Virus record (IMG/VR): IMGVR_UViG_3300028738_000008
Reading direction: 5' to 3' (one strand)
From: a virus
Taxonomy: Duplodnaviria; Caudoviricetes
DNA: 64,000 bases
Positions 35,019 to 45,446 of this stretch are shown here, in pieces. The translations under genes and the position numbers were made by a program. The notes beneath the pieces are model-generated. The model was not told where the DNA came from. It worked only from the letters and a program-made list of their open reading frames with translations, and made no database searches. How positions within the stretch are numbered: position 1 is the stretch's first letter; each line of letters starts with the position of its first letter.

Positions 35019-35609
35019 ATGGATGTATATTGCTTACCAGACAATTATTCACATAGATTGAATAATGCATACTTTGATGATACTTCATTCAAAGACGAAT
35101 ATCAAGATGACGTTTATGATGCTGCTGAGGCTACTCTGAAAGAAAATGATTTTAAATCAATCGTGGATATTGGTACAGGTAGCGGATTTAAGCTGATCAA
35201 GCATTTCGATAAATACGACACATTTGGAATTGATCTTGAGCCAACAGTTACTTTTTTAAGAAGACAGTACCCTGAAAAGAAATGGGGCGGACTGCATGAA
35301 CTACCTGTGGATGGTCGATATGACGTTTTCATATGTTCAGATGTGATCGAACATATACCTGAGCCAAATGGATTTCTCGAAGAATTACTTAAATACGATT
35401 TTAAGAAAATAGTTTTCTCAACACCCGATAAATTGCATATGTATTCAGGCTTACAACTTGGAATGCCCTCAAACACAGCACATGTACGTGAATGGGATAT
35501 GATCGAGTTTAATAAATACCTGAGTAAATATTTTGTGATCGAAAAGCATTTTAAATCCAATGAGGGATCAAATACGCAGATTGCTATTTGCAGTAAGAAA
35601 ATAATTTAA
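35019..35609 (+). CDS. Class I SAM-dependent methyltransferase
   Basis: IVDIGTGSG, DVFICSDVIEHI and VFSTPD motifs. Confidence 0.85.
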   Translation: MDVYCLPDNYSHRLNNAYFDDTSFKDEYQDDVYDAAEATLKENDFKSIVDIGTGSGFKLIKHFDKYDTFGIDLEPTVTFLRRQYPEKKWGGLHELPVDGRYDVFICSDVIEHIPEPNGFLEELLKYDFKKIVFSTPDKLHMYSGLQLGMPSNTAHVREWDMIEFNKYLSKYFVIEKHFKSNEGSNTQIAICSKKII

Positions 35610-35715
35610 TAAATTTATAGAAAAATACTTGCATGATATTTAAAAAAGTTTTATTTTTGTATCGAATTTTAAACAGGGCATAGCCTAATCTATGCGTAAA
35701 CTTTAATTTTTTTAT

Positions 35716-36750
35716 ATGAAAAACTTTTTATTTTCTTTCGTGCTATTAACCTTAGCACTTGTTTCTTGTCAGAAACAGTCTGACATCGTAACGCCGACTA
35801 CAGGCAAAATGCATTATCCGACCATTAATTTGGTTCAGGGTTCTGAACTTGTAACAAAAAGTGCTGGCAACACTATTACTACACTCACTTATGAATTTTG
35901 GGTGAAAGCACCAAATGCTGGTGGAACAGGAACTACTGGATGGGTACTTGCAGAGGACGGATTATTTAAGGATGGAACTACTCCACAGAACAACAATGCT
36001 CCAACATGGGATGTTGCTTATCCTAACAATTGCACCACATGCTTTATTGACATTCCATTACATATGGAAACACGTATTGTTATCAAAGGTAAGGATGCGG
36101 ATGGAATTAAATATTACGGTATTGGCACTTCACCTGTTGGCGGATGGACAACAGCTGAAATTGGTAATATGACGATTAATATGTATGAGATTGATTCTCG
36201 CCTAACAATCGATGTTAGCGATTTGATTAAGAATACAAACTTTAATTTCACATTAACATTTGCTGGCACTATTAAACCCATTGACTATAATAATATTGTT
36301 CAATCGACAGATTCATGGTTACTTGGCGTAGCATCTGGCGTTAGAAATTATAGAGGCGTACCATTAGTATCGACGACAGGAGTTTCAGTCTTGAAAAAAA
36401 TTGAGATATTGGGTACAGGTATTAAAAATACAACACCTACCTATAAGATTAATGATGCTACAGCAACAATTGAGCAGGTTCAGAATGTATATGAATACTT
36501 CGGAAAAGGTAGTTCAGATTTTACAGCCACATATAGTGTTGTTAGACGTGATGGCGTTGTGTTTAAACCTACGACAGCCATTACAATGGCAAGTCCAAAT
36601 CCGTCAACAAGTTTTAGTGGTACTAATTGGCTGCAAGCAGGATATGACTTTCATATAGCTTTCACGGCAAACCCACAAGACTTAGGTAAAGGCTGCTTTG
36701 TAGGTACACTTACGAGCAATAGCACTATCAACGGAACTGTTGGTCTATAA
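35716..36750 (+). CDS. Lipoprotein (Bacteroidota lipobox), beta-rich
   Basis: MKNFLFSFVLLTLALVSC signal II; own promoter at about 35628-35660. Confidence 0.75.
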   Translation: MKNFLFSFVLLTLALVSCQKQSDIVTPTTGKMHYPTINLVQGSELVTKSAGNTITTLTYEFWVKAPNAGGTGTTGWVLAEDGLFKDGTTPQNNNAPTWDVAYPNNCTTCFIDIPLHMETRIVIKGKDADGIKYYGIGTSPVGGWTTAEIGNMTINMYEIDSRLTIDVSDLIKNTNFNFTLTFAGTIKPIDYNNIVQSTDSWLLGVASGVRNYRGVPLVSTTGVSVLKKIEILGTGIKNTTPTYKINDATATIEQVQNVYEYFGKGSSDFTATYSVVRRDGVVFKPTTAITMASPNPSTSFSGTNWLQAGYDFHIAFTANPQDLGKGCFVGTLTSNSTINGTVGL

Positions 36751-37284
36751 ATGAAGACAATACTATTAGCATTCATTATGTTAATAGGAATCACAAGTCA
36801 AGCTCAGAAGCCCATCAACGTACTGTCGATGGGCTTCGGCAAAGACTTCATAAGTGGCGAAGCATTGATCAATGCAAACTTTATGATACATAATGCTTAC
36901 GCCAGTTATTCGGTTTCTATTGAAAACTCTGTAAAGAGTTACGACGTGGGATGGACTTTCAATCAAAAATATTTGAAAGGTTTCTATTTAATTCCCACAA
37001 TTGGCATTACAGCCGTAAATAAAACAAATGTTTCAAGATTTTGCATTGAGACAGTTCCAAATTCAAATGTTGATATTACAGTTGTTGACGGAGTGATCAC
37101 AACCTCAATTATTAGTCAGCCAACAGGCACAACTGTGGGAGCAATTGACAAAGTAAATAGTAAGGTTGAAATGCACCCAAATATAGGATTGTTTATTGGA
37201 TATCAGTTTGATGACACGCTTACACTTTTCATAAAGGCAACAAATAATTCATTTGGTGCTGGGATGGGTTTCATTATAAATTAA
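36751..37284 (+). CDS. Putative outer-membrane beta-barrel protein
   Basis: Signal peptide; alternating beta pattern; C-terminal FGAGMGFIIN. Confidence 0.55.
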   Translation: MKTILLAFIMLIGITSQAQKPINVLSMGFGKDFISGEALINANFMIHNAYASYSVSIENSVKSYDVGWTFNQKYLKGFYLIPTIGITAVNKTNVSRFCIETVPNSNVDITVVDGVITTSIISQPTGTTVGAIDKVNSKVEMHPNIGLFIGYQFDDTLTLFIKATNNSFGAGMGFIIN

Positions 37285-37293
37285 AATTACAAA

Positions 37294-37734
37294 ATGCCAT
37301 TAAAAATTGTAGATTCCTATAAAAGGAAATTTAAAGTGTATTGCGTGAATGATAAAATCATGTGCGATGTTTTGCAAATGATTTTATCGAGTGATGAAAC
37401 ATCTGGCATCATTCAACATGATCAACTCTATGGAGTAATATTCGATGATTCAAAATTCATATTACATGAATACACTGGACTCAATTATATTGATGGCAGA
37501 GAGGCATACGACGGCGATATCTTTAGAGATAAGCATCATGGCGATCTGTTTAGAATCTATCGTATAGAGGGCGGATTTGCCATTAGCGTAAATTCCTTTC
37601 CTTCTACATTCGTTGGTAGCAGTCCATTTCCATTAACGCCATTAGCTGATGCTCAAACAACTTCATGGTTTCATGGTAGTGCCGAGTATGTATCTAACAT
37701 CCATGAATTTATTTTACCAGAATCATATTTTTAA
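37294..37734 (+). CDS. YopX-like protein
   Basis: EYTGLNYIDGREAYDGDI resembles YopX QxTGLxDxxGxEIYEGDI. Confidence 0.7.
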   Translation: MPLKIVDSYKRKFKVYCVNDKIMCDVLQMILSSDETSGIIQHDQLYGVIFDDSKFILHEYTGLNYIDGREAYDGDIFRDKHHGDLFRIYRIEGGFAISVNSFPSTFVGSSPFPLTPLADAQTTSWFHGSAEYVSNIHEFILPESYF

Positions 37735-37780
37735 CTTGCAGTCAATATTATTTTTACGTATTTTTGTAAAAAAGTAATTT

Positions 37781-38137
37781 ATGGATATTGATTTAAATGA
37801 TACTTATTGGGATAGAGTGGTTGGCATTGTCACCGAACTTCGTGTTGATGCACGATGGATACTAAGACAGAACGGTAGCGAGAAACCATATGGCTCATTG
37901 CGAATAGTTTCGCACCCAGACCTTAAAGCAGGTTATCTACGTGCAGTCTTCACCTATGTTGAAGATGTTAGGCAAAAATCCAAAGGCGAGAAGATACAAA
38001 CTATTGAAGACTATCAAATTGATAAGTCTGAGCTTGAAATATATTCCGTCGATGAAGCAATAAAAACAAAAAGCGTCACATATGAAGCTCCATATCAAGA
38101 GCTTAACAAAAAATTCGGCGTAAATATTTTCGAATAA
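37781..38137 (+). CDS. Hypothetical protein
   Basis: 118 aa behind a TAnnTTTG motif. Confidence 0.75.
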   Translation: MDIDLNDTYWDRVVGIVTELRVDARWILRQNGSEKPYGSLRIVSHPDLKAGYLRAVFTYVEDVRQKSKGEKIQTIEDYQIDKSELEIYSVDEAIKTKSVTYEAPYQELNKKFGVNIFE

Positions 38138-38155
38138 ATTTAATAAATAATAATT

Positions 38156-39055
38156 ATGATTTCAAGAAGTAATAAAAAGGAACTGGACATTTTCGATAGT
38201 TTTAATACTGATCAGAATCTTCCAAAGCATGTGAAACGTAGAGAGTCAGAAACAAATGATGTTGTGTCATTTGAGGGCAGTAGCGTTGATGGTAATTGGC
38301 AAATAGCGTCGCCCACCACTGTTGAGAGTGATATGACGTATTGGGTTGATTATCGGAAATATATGTTCGGTCAGAACAATACCATTATCAATTGGGTGAA
38401 ACTTAAAATAGCTCAATCAATGTTTAAAAACAAAATGGTTGCAAAGCCTGTTAAAACATTGAATATCAGGGAATTTTTCAGTGACATAAAGGATTCTGTT
38501 GAAACTATCGCAGCATCAAATGAAATTGCTGATCATTACGAAAAGGTTCTTTTGAAAGCAAAGGACATGAATCAAAGAGCTTTGATCACAAAACTTACTG
38601 ATTTGTTGGAAGTCGTTAGGGCTGAAACCGTTTTAATTGGGACTGATTTGAATAAGTTTGTAACCGAAAAGAATGTAATTGACTTTTACAATAAGATCGG
38701 CGAAGACAAACATCTTAAATTGAGTTGGATGAAGAACTTTGTAAGGGTAATACCTGACGACGTTTATGAACTTAAACAACATGCCGACACTTTCATGGTG
38801 TTCGATAACTATGTTGTTCTTCATTACGACCCTCTGAATAACGGCGATGAATTGACAACAGAAGAAAAGGAAAAAGCTAAAGACCCAATTCTATTCGGTG
38901 TTATCAAAAACAGCCATAAGCTTTATTATATTGCTGATTGGGTTGACGAATATTGCGACTTAACATTGGAAGAAATGTTTAAAGAATTAGGAAGCAAAGT
39001 AGGCGAGATAAACAATAAGTCTGTGCATACTTTCATTGACAAAATAAAAGCATAA
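38156..39055 (+). CDS. Hypothetical phage protein
   Basis: 299 aa; C-terminal KDPILFG...YIADWVDEYCDLT. Confidence 0.8.
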   Translation: MISRSNKKELDIFDSFNTDQNLPKHVKRRESETNDVVSFEGSSVDGNWQIASPTTVESDMTYWVDYRKYMFGQNNTIINWVKLKIAQSMFKNKMVAKPVKTLNIREFFSDIKDSVETIAASNEIADHYEKVLLKAKDMNQRALITKLTDLLEVVRAETVLIGTDLNKFVTEKNVIDFYNKIGEDKHLKLSWMKNFVRVIPDDVYELKQHADTFMVFDNYVVLHYDPLNNGDELTTEEKEKAKDPILFGVIKNSHKLYYIADWVDEYCDLTLEEMFKELGSKVGEINNKSVHTFIDKIKA

Positions 39056-39130
39056 AAAATATATTTACAATATTTGGCATAGATTAAAGTTTTCAGTTAC
39101 TGCCCACGTATTTATAATAAAGTTTATATC

Positions 39131-39946
39131 ATGAAATTAATTAATTACGATGGGAATGGCATAAAAACTGGAATTTATTGTATAAGGAATTTAAAAAACA
39201 ATAAATTATATGTTGGAAGTAGTAAGAGTTCAATAGGATCGAGAAAACGAAGACATTTATTAAATTTAAAAAACAATACACACTATAACGAACATTTACA
39301 AAATGCTTGGAATTTTTATGGTGAGGAAAATTTCTCATTTGAGGTTTTATTTTTATGTAAATCAGACGAATGCTCAAGATATGAAGCAGAATTTATCAAG
39401 TTGTATTCATCGAATATTCGAAAATATGGATATAATATTGCCAATGTTGAGAATTATAAATTCGCATACAATATGTCTGAAATACATAATAATGAAAAAA
39501 GTCAAAAAAAAATTAATAAATCATTAGTATGTAATGGATTACATACTAATGAAAGAGGCATTTCTAAACCATTTAATGTGTATAACTTAAGTGGTAATTT
39601 TATTAAAAAATATGATAGTGCCAAAGAGTATATTGAAATGCATGGCGGATCAAGAGGAAATTTATCCATAGTCTTATCAAAAAGAAAATTAGTATACATT
39701 GAGAAAAATATAATACTATTTGAAGATGATATATTAACTAATGACGATATCGCATATGTTAATAATAAGTTAAGACGTAAACATGTGTTTCTCTATAACG
39801 TCGATGGCGAATTTATTAACGAATTTGAATCTGTAAAGCTTTGTGCTGATCATTTAAAATGTAAAGAAGCTGAGATAAGAATGTGTTGTTTGGGCAAAAG
39901 AAGTAGAATAAGAAATTTTATAACTAAATATACAAAAAATGAGTGA
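39131..39946 (+). mobile_element. GIY-YIG homing endonuclease with NUMOD1-like C-terminal repeats
   Basis: TGIYCIRNLKNNKLYVGSS...HYNEHLQNAWNFYG; YNxxGxFI repeats. Confidence 0.9.
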
Positions 39947-40802
39947 AAGTAATGACGATTTAACAACTGGAATAGGCAAAGGGTTAAGGTATAACCAAGG
40001 CAAATTAAGATACGACCTTGTGCATGCAAAAGCCGAAAGGGATATGGTTGATGTTTTAACATATGGCGCAAGTAAATATAGCCCTGATAATTGGCGTCAA
40101 GGTATGTCGTGGAAATCTATTATAGCCTCTTTGAAAAGACATTTGGCTGCGATTGAACTTGGCGAGGATTATGACAATGGCGAAGGCGGAAGTGGAAAGC
40201 TACATGTTTCAAATCTGGCTTGTAATGCACACTTTTTAAATGGACTGTACTATGATTTTCCACAGGGCGATGACCGTTATAAAAGCTATCTAAAGATTCC
40301 TAAAATTGGCTGGGATATTGATGGCGTACTTGCAAACTTTATGAAAGCATGGCATTTATTGCACCCAGAGGTACTGGAATTCCCAACTACATGGTATACT
40401 GATCGCCATATTCGTGACAGGTTTGACGCTATGAAAATAGATGGCACATTAGATGCTTTTTATTTAAATATGGAAACTGAAATAAAAGCTGAGGAGTTAT
40501 TATATGATCCTCATTGCTACATAACTTCTCGTCCAGTTAAGAAAGAAGTTACTGAACAATGGCTTGATAAGAATCATTTTCCAAGTAAGCCTGTTTACAC
40601 ATTGGAAACCAGACAGTCCAAAGTTGATTTGGCAAAGGAAGCTGGCGTTGAGATTTTTATTGACGACTCATTTGACAACTTTGTTGACTTAAACAATCAT
40701 GGTGTGTTTACATATTTGTTAACAACTCCTTGGAACATACGACATGACGTTGGTCATATGAGAATTAATTCGATTAATGACATTCCTTGGTTAAGAAAAT
40801 AA
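39939..40802 (+). CDS. dATP/dGTP diphosphohydrolase-like (DUF5664) domain fused to a HAD 5'-nucleotidase-like domain
   Basis: GLRYNQGKLRYDL...GASKYSPDNWRQG...RHL...H; then WDIDGVL and FIDD. Confidence 0.8.
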   Translation: MSESNDDLTTGIGKGLRYNQGKLRYDLVHAKAERDMVDVLTYGASKYSPDNWRQGMSWKSIIASLKRHLAAIELGEDYDNGEGGSGKLHVSNLACNAHFLNGLYYDFPQGDDRYKSYLKIPKIGWDIDGVLANFMKAWHLLHPEVLEFPTTWYTDRHIRDRFDAMKIDGTLDAFYLNMETEIKAEELLYDPHCYITSRPVKKEVTEQWLDKNHFPSKPVYTLETRQSKVDLAKEAGVEIFIDDSFDNFVDLNNHGVFTYLLTTPWNIRHDVGHMRINSINDIPWLRK

Positions 40803-40805
40803 GTC

Positions 40806-40913
40806 ATGGCAGATAATACAGAGTCTAAGTCAATATCAGATATTGAGATAGAAGATGGACATGGCTTTTGGGGCTGCGAACAATACGGATACACAAAAGA
40901 CGAAGATTTATGA
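40806..40913 (+). CDS. Small acidic ORF (35 aa)
   Basis: TGA overlaps the next ATG. Confidence 0.35.
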   Translation: MADNTESKSISDIEIEDGHGFWGCEQYGYTKDEDL

Positions 40914-41245
40914 AGCTTGAAACACTGGTTAGGTCTTATGAAATAATGGGATACACTCCGAAAGGATTGGAACGTGATGAAGAATGTCAAAGCATAATCA
41001 AATAGCTATATGATAAATACAAAATTCATGTTTATGCAAATTATTGCTCAATGCGATTTAAAGAATATCCTAAAACGTATATGAGATTTAAAGGATGCTA
41101 CAGATATGAATGCGGCAAGGATTATAGTAATAATTTTTATTGTGATACGTCATTTGATAGTCCTTACGATGCTTATTTTGACGCACTTAGACATATGCTG
41201 CCAGCATTTAGATTTCAATATAAATATAACGACGATTACAAATGA
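40910..41245 (+). CDS. Hypothetical protein with in-frame TAG at codon 32 (readthrough or nonsense allele)
   Basis: MKLETL...CQSIIK(TAG)LYDKYKIHVYANYCS continues in frame into track ORF 41051..41245. Confidence 0.55.
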
Positions 41246-41898
41246 CAACAGTTTGCTTTATATCCGATACACATAATAAGCATAATAAACTAATAATTCC
41301 TGAATGTGATTTTTTAATACATTCAGGAGATATTAGTTCAATGGGTTATGAATATGAAATAGTAAATTTTTTAAAATGGTTTAGTAAACAGCCAGCTAAA
41401 TACAAAATTTTTACTGTTGGTAACCATGATTGGTTATTTGAACGTAACAGATCATTAGCCAAATCACTTATTCCAGAAAATGTTATATATTTGGAAGATG
41501 AAAGTATTGAAATAGATGGATTGAATTTTTATGGCTCGCCAGTACAGCTGGAATTTTGTAATTGGGCTTTTAATAGAAGTGAAGAGTCTCTTACAAGATA
41601 TTGGTCAAATATTCCAGACAATATTGACATATTGATAACGCATTCGCCTGCATATGGAATACTTGATGATGTTAGACATAATGGCAAACATTTAGGGTCG
41701 CCATCATTATATGACGAAGTTACTAACAGAATAAAACCATTGATTCACTGTTTCGGGCACATACATTCTGGGCATGGAACAAAATTTATTAATAATACAT
41801 GTTTTGTAAATGCCTCTGTTTTAGATGAAGACTATAAATTATCTTACAATCCAATACTCATTGGTATAAATGACCGCAAGGTAGAGGTCTTTAGCTGA
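41242..41898 (+). CDS. Calcineurin-like metallophosphoesterase
   Basis: ISDTH, HSGD, GNHD, ITHSP and FGHIH motifs. Confidence 0.92.
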   Translation: MTTVCFISDTHNKHNKLIIPECDFLIHSGDISSMGYEYEIVNFLKWFSKQPAKYKIFTVGNHDWLFERNRSLAKSLIPENVIYLEDESIEIDGLNFYGSPVQLEFCNWAFNRSEESLTRYWSNIPDNIDILITHSPAYGILDDVRHNGKHLGSPSLYDEVTNRIKPLIHCFGHIHSGHGTKFINNTCFVNASVLDEDYKLSYNPILIGINDRKVEVFS

Positions 41899-41928
41899 TG
41901 ATACCACTATTTATAATCAAAATTAAAT

Positions 41929-42261
41929 ATGAAAAAGATAAAAAATTTATTCAAAAAGCTTCAATACGACAAGCAATTACAAGAAAAGTTGGCTGGCGAG
42001 TTGACACTTAAAGGCGACGCTATTATATGGTCATACGACTTTGATAATGACGCCGAAGAGATTAACATTTGTCAAGAGGAACTCGATGATAGTGATACGA
42101 CTTTTGATGAAGTCGTTTGTGTTGAAGAATACCTAACGGAAACATATGACACAGACTTGGAAGAAATCGAAGATTTCATTACGAGCAACGACGACATTGG
42201 CGAATATGACTTCTCCAACTCGATTATTAAAGGGTCATGCATTTCATTTAAAATTAGCTAA
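41929..42261 (+). CDS. Acidic hypothetical protein
   Basis: 110 aa; late-type motif upstream. Confidence 0.7.
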   Translation: MKKIKNLFKKLQYDKQLQEKLAGELTLKGDAIIWSYDFDNDAEEINICQEELDDSDTTFDEVVCVEEYLTETYDTDLEEIEDFITSNDDIGEYDFSNSIIKGSCISFKIS

Positions 42262-42262
42262 T

Positions 42263-42472
42263 ATGCAAAACCGTACATTCAAAGTAGTAAGCTATGACCC
42301 TAAAACAAATCTTCAAGGAAGTAAACGTGTTTATACTTCGGAAAAAGACTTTCTGAGATATAAGGATGATGTTATAAGGAGATACAGATATCATTTAATC
42401 GTAAAAACTTTTGAGTTGATTGACGATGTGTGGGTTTCGTTAAATACTTATCCATGTGATAAAATTAGTTAA
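42263..42472 (+). CDS. Hypothetical protein
   Basis: ATG 42263. Confidence 0.6.
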   Translation: MQNRTFKVVSYDPKTNLQGSKRVYTSEKDFLRYKDDVIRRYRYHLIVKTFELIDDVWVSLNTYPCDKIS

Positions 42473-42479
42473 GGATTTT

Positions 42480-42505
42480 TGTAACATTTTGAAAGTTTAA
42501 ACGTA
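42480..42505 (+). promoter_or_regulatory. ECF-type promoter
   Basis: TGTAAC-N16-CGTA. Confidence 0.7.
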
Positions 42506-42549
42506 TAAATAGGTAGCAGCATTAAAGTTGTTACCTATTTTTATTTATC

Positions 42550-43587
42550 ATGGGCGGAAAAGCATTACAGAAATACGGAGTCTTTACTGAGAGAAAAGAC
42601 ACTGAGGAATTTATGAGAATTGGCAGGAAAATGCAAGATATAATCAAGACTGAAATCGGACTTGATACCGCCATTGTTAAATGTTTCCACGAGAAACAAG
42701 ATCATGGCGATTTGGACTTGCTGATCAAAATACCTGAAAGAACATTCGGAACTGGCGGTGGCATTAATCTGGCTAGCTTTGTTGAGAACATCTTGAAACC
42801 AAGAGCTATCAATAACAATGGCGGAGTTATTTCATTCGACTTTGAAGAATTTCAAATCGACTTTATCTCAATTGAAGAAAGCGATTGGGAAATAGCTAAT
42901 ACTTATTTCTCTTATGATCCATTGGGAAATATCATGGGTAAAACCTATCATAAATTCAATTTATCATACGGCTGGAATGGTTTGTTTTACAAATTCAGAA
43001 ACCTAGACGGTAGAATCGGCGGAAACATCGAAATGACCAAAGACCCTAGGAAGATTTTTGAATTTGGAGACTACGATTACGACAGGTATTTGAAAGGATT
43101 CAATTCAATTGACGAAATTTATGATTTCGTTATGAAGTCTAAATACTTTGATACCAGCATCTTTCAATTTGAAGACTTGAATCATATTGATCGTAAGAGA
43201 AACAAGAAAAGAAAATCTTACAATGAGTTTCTTGCTTTCATGAATGAGAACAACATCGGAACTAAATACACTTTTGATAAAAATAAGGAAAACTACATCG
43301 ACATGATTGAAGAAGCTTTTCCCGAATCTAATTTGAAACATGAATTAAGTATCATAAAAAAGCGTGATGCTTTCCGTAGAGAACTGGCTAATAAATTCAG
43401 CGGTACGATTGTCATGGAATGGTTGCCAGAGTTGAAGGGTAAGGAATTGGGCTTGGCTTTGAGAGATTATAAAGAATCTCATGGTGACGGCTATGAAAAG
43501 TATATCATGAACCATAATATTGATCAAATAAAAATCAATTTTATGGCGTTGTATAACGGAAATGACTTGCACATTCCAAAATTTTAA
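42550..43587 (+). CDS. Putative nucleotidyltransferase (pol-beta superfamily)
   Basis: HGDLDLL (GDxD) motif and FQIDFI. Confidence 0.6.
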   Translation: MGGKALQKYGVFTERKDTEEFMRIGRKMQDIIKTEIGLDTAIVKCFHEKQDHGDLDLLIKIPERTFGTGGGINLASFVENILKPRAINNNGGVISFDFEEFQIDFISIEESDWEIANTYFSYDPLGNIMGKTYHKFNLSYGWNGLFYKFRNLDGRIGGNIEMTKDPRKIFEFGDYDYDRYLKGFNSIDEIYDFVMKSKYFDTSIFQFEDLNHIDRKRNKKRKSYNEFLAFMNENNIGTKYTFDKNKENYIDMIEEAFPESNLKHELSIIKKRDAFRRELANKFSGTIVMEWLPELKGKELGLALRDYKESHGDGYEKYIMNHNIDQIKINFMALYNGNDLHIPKF

Positions 43588-43612
43588 TTACCTTTGTAAA
43601 AAAATTTGAAAT

Positions 43613-44044
43613 ATGAAACTATATAAGGCTTTAAAACTGAAAAAGAAATTGACTGGCGAAATTGCTAGTTTGAAATTATTAATTCTTTCTAAGAACTCAT
43701 ACGTGGAAGGTTCAAAGGTAAACTATGTTGTGACTGAACTGTATGATGAACTGTTGGTAAAAATAAATGCTTTGGTTGATTTGAAAATGTCGATCAATGC
43801 AGCAAATGCCGACATTCAAGAAAGTATTTATAATCTTGCTGAATTGAAAGGCATGATTTCTTTCTGGCAGCAAATGCCGACAGCCGAAGGTGTTATTAGT
43901 AATACTTACTCGGAAGCAGCCGCAAAGACTTATGTGGCTACCTTTAATGAAGTTTTTAAAGATAATCTCATTAAAAACTTACAGACTGACGTTGATACGA
44001 TTCAGGAAGAAATCGATACATATAATTATACCAAAGAAGTTTAA
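43613..44044 (+). CDS. DIP1984-like coiled-coil protein
   Basis: MKLYKALKLKKKL...LKMSINAAN...IDTYNYT pattern. Confidence 0.6.
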   Translation: MKLYKALKLKKKLTGEIASLKLLILSKNSYVEGSKVNYVVTELYDELLVKINALVDLKMSINAANADIQESIYNLAELKGMISFWQQMPTAEGVISNTYSEAAAKTYVATFNEVFKDNLIKNLQTDVDTIQEEIDTYNYTKEV

Positions 44045-44225
44045 AACATAAGGGAAGTCGAGGAATTAGTGTAAAAATCAACGATAGTTACATGTAAAAC
44101 TGAAAACGATAATGATATCAACATTAAAATTCAAGTCTTATGCGTATCAAAAATCACTCGTCAAAATTGAAAACTCATTTTATCTACTTTTATATTAACA
44201 AATCGATTTTCCTTTTACATTTTTT

Positions 44226-44606
44226 ATGAGAGAAACAATAGAAAAACTAACGGAAGAAGAAAAGTCTGCATTGCTTTTAAAGTACGCTGACCTTTCTTCT
44301 TATTATATTAAAGAACATTTATATGACCCACTTATCTCTGCGGTCATTTTAGATACGTGTTTTAAGCACTTAGAAGCGAATTACAAGGATTCATCGAAAG
44401 TAGCTAAAGCATGGGCTGTAACCATCGTTATGCGCAACTATGACGACCTGCTTGATGTTGGACATATCAGACATATGATCGAGAAGTTCTTAATGTATTA
44501 TGCCAGCAGCAAGTATGAGGAATATTGTGCTGATATAGCTCTTTGGAATAATGACTTTGCCAAAGACGCCGAATTTATTAGGAACTATTGCTCAACCGAA
44601 TTATGA
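44226..44606 (+). CDS. Hypothetical protein
   Basis: 126 aa. Confidence 0.7.
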   Translation: MRETIEKLTEEEKSALLLKYADLSSYYIKEHLYDPLISAVILDTCFKHLEANYKDSSKVAKAWAVTIVMRNYDDLLDVGHIRHMIEKFLMYYASSKYEEYCADIALWNNDFAKDAEFIRNYCSTEL

Positions 44607-44782
44607 GCACAAATTATAATGTTTATAAGGGTAAAAATGGCGTTGAGCATGTGCTTGTAAGATTCACATGGTTTGATGATAAGGGCGACCCAAACTATAT
44701 CGAATCGCATGATCTTGATTCTGCTGCCGAAATACTTGGTCTATTGCGTGGTGAGACATGCCTTGGCGATTTAGAGCCATAA
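44603..44782 (+). CDS. Hypothetical protein
   Basis: ATGA coupling. Confidence 0.55.
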   Translation: MSTNYNVYKGKNGVEHVLVRFTWFDDKGDPNYIESHDLDSAAEILGLLRGETCLGDLEP

Positions 44783-44830
44783 TTAATTATTCAACTATTT
44801 ATGCCTGTATGCTCTAATGCATAATTCAAT

Positions 44831-45046
44831 ATGGCAAATTATATTAAATATAAGAGATCAACAAAGAAATTCGATCTAGGATATAACCAAGAAGATATTC
44901 AAGCATTCTTAGACTCATTAATTGTGGAGGGTTGGAGAATTATCACATATGAGGAAAAGCCTAATAACGATAATGATGGATTTACAATGTATTTACTTTG
45001 CGGCAAAGAAAAAACTGAATGGGGAAAAGATAAACAAGTATTATAA
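44831..45046 (+). CDS. Hypothetical protein
   Basis: 71 aa. Confidence 0.65.
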   Translation: MANYIKYKRSTKKFDLGYNQEDIQAFLDSLIVEGWRIITYEEKPNNDNDGFTMYLLCGKEKTEWGKDKQVL

Positions 45047-45098
45047 ATTTGCTTGTTTATAAAACATTTATTATATACCTTTGTCAAAAATATAATTC

Positions 45099-45446
45099 AT
45101 GACAAATAAAAACAATAATCAAATCTCTGGTAAAACTGATAACAATATCGCAAACACATATTCAGGTATAACCACTGGCATTATAAATGCATTTCCTTGG
45201 AATGGCTCAGCTAGCACATATGTTACAGCACCAAAGTATTCAAGTGTTGAACTGATCGATACACTGATATTTGAAGACAGAATTGAATTGGTTTACAAGG
45301 GAGTACTTTCATTAAGTACATGGTCACAAGGTTATAATATCGAAATTTGGAAAAACGTATACGGATGCGTTGACGGTAAGTTTTCCATGATTGAACATGT
45401 AATCGGAGAATACATACCAGCACAAGATGAATCTTATAGCTTCTAA
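45099..45446 (+). CDS. Hypothetical protein
   Basis: 115 aa behind TACCTTTG. Confidence 0.7.
   Translation: MTNKNNNQISGKTDNNIANTYSGITTGIINAFPWNGSASTYVTAPKYSSVELIDTLIFEDRIELVYKGVLSLSTWSQGYNIEIWKNVYGCVDGKFSMIEHVIGEYIPAQDESYSF

Noticed and set aside
39939-40802. 2-aminoadenine (Z) genome
   Set aside because: The diphosphohydrolase domain alone is not diagnostic, and no PurZ is present in the window.
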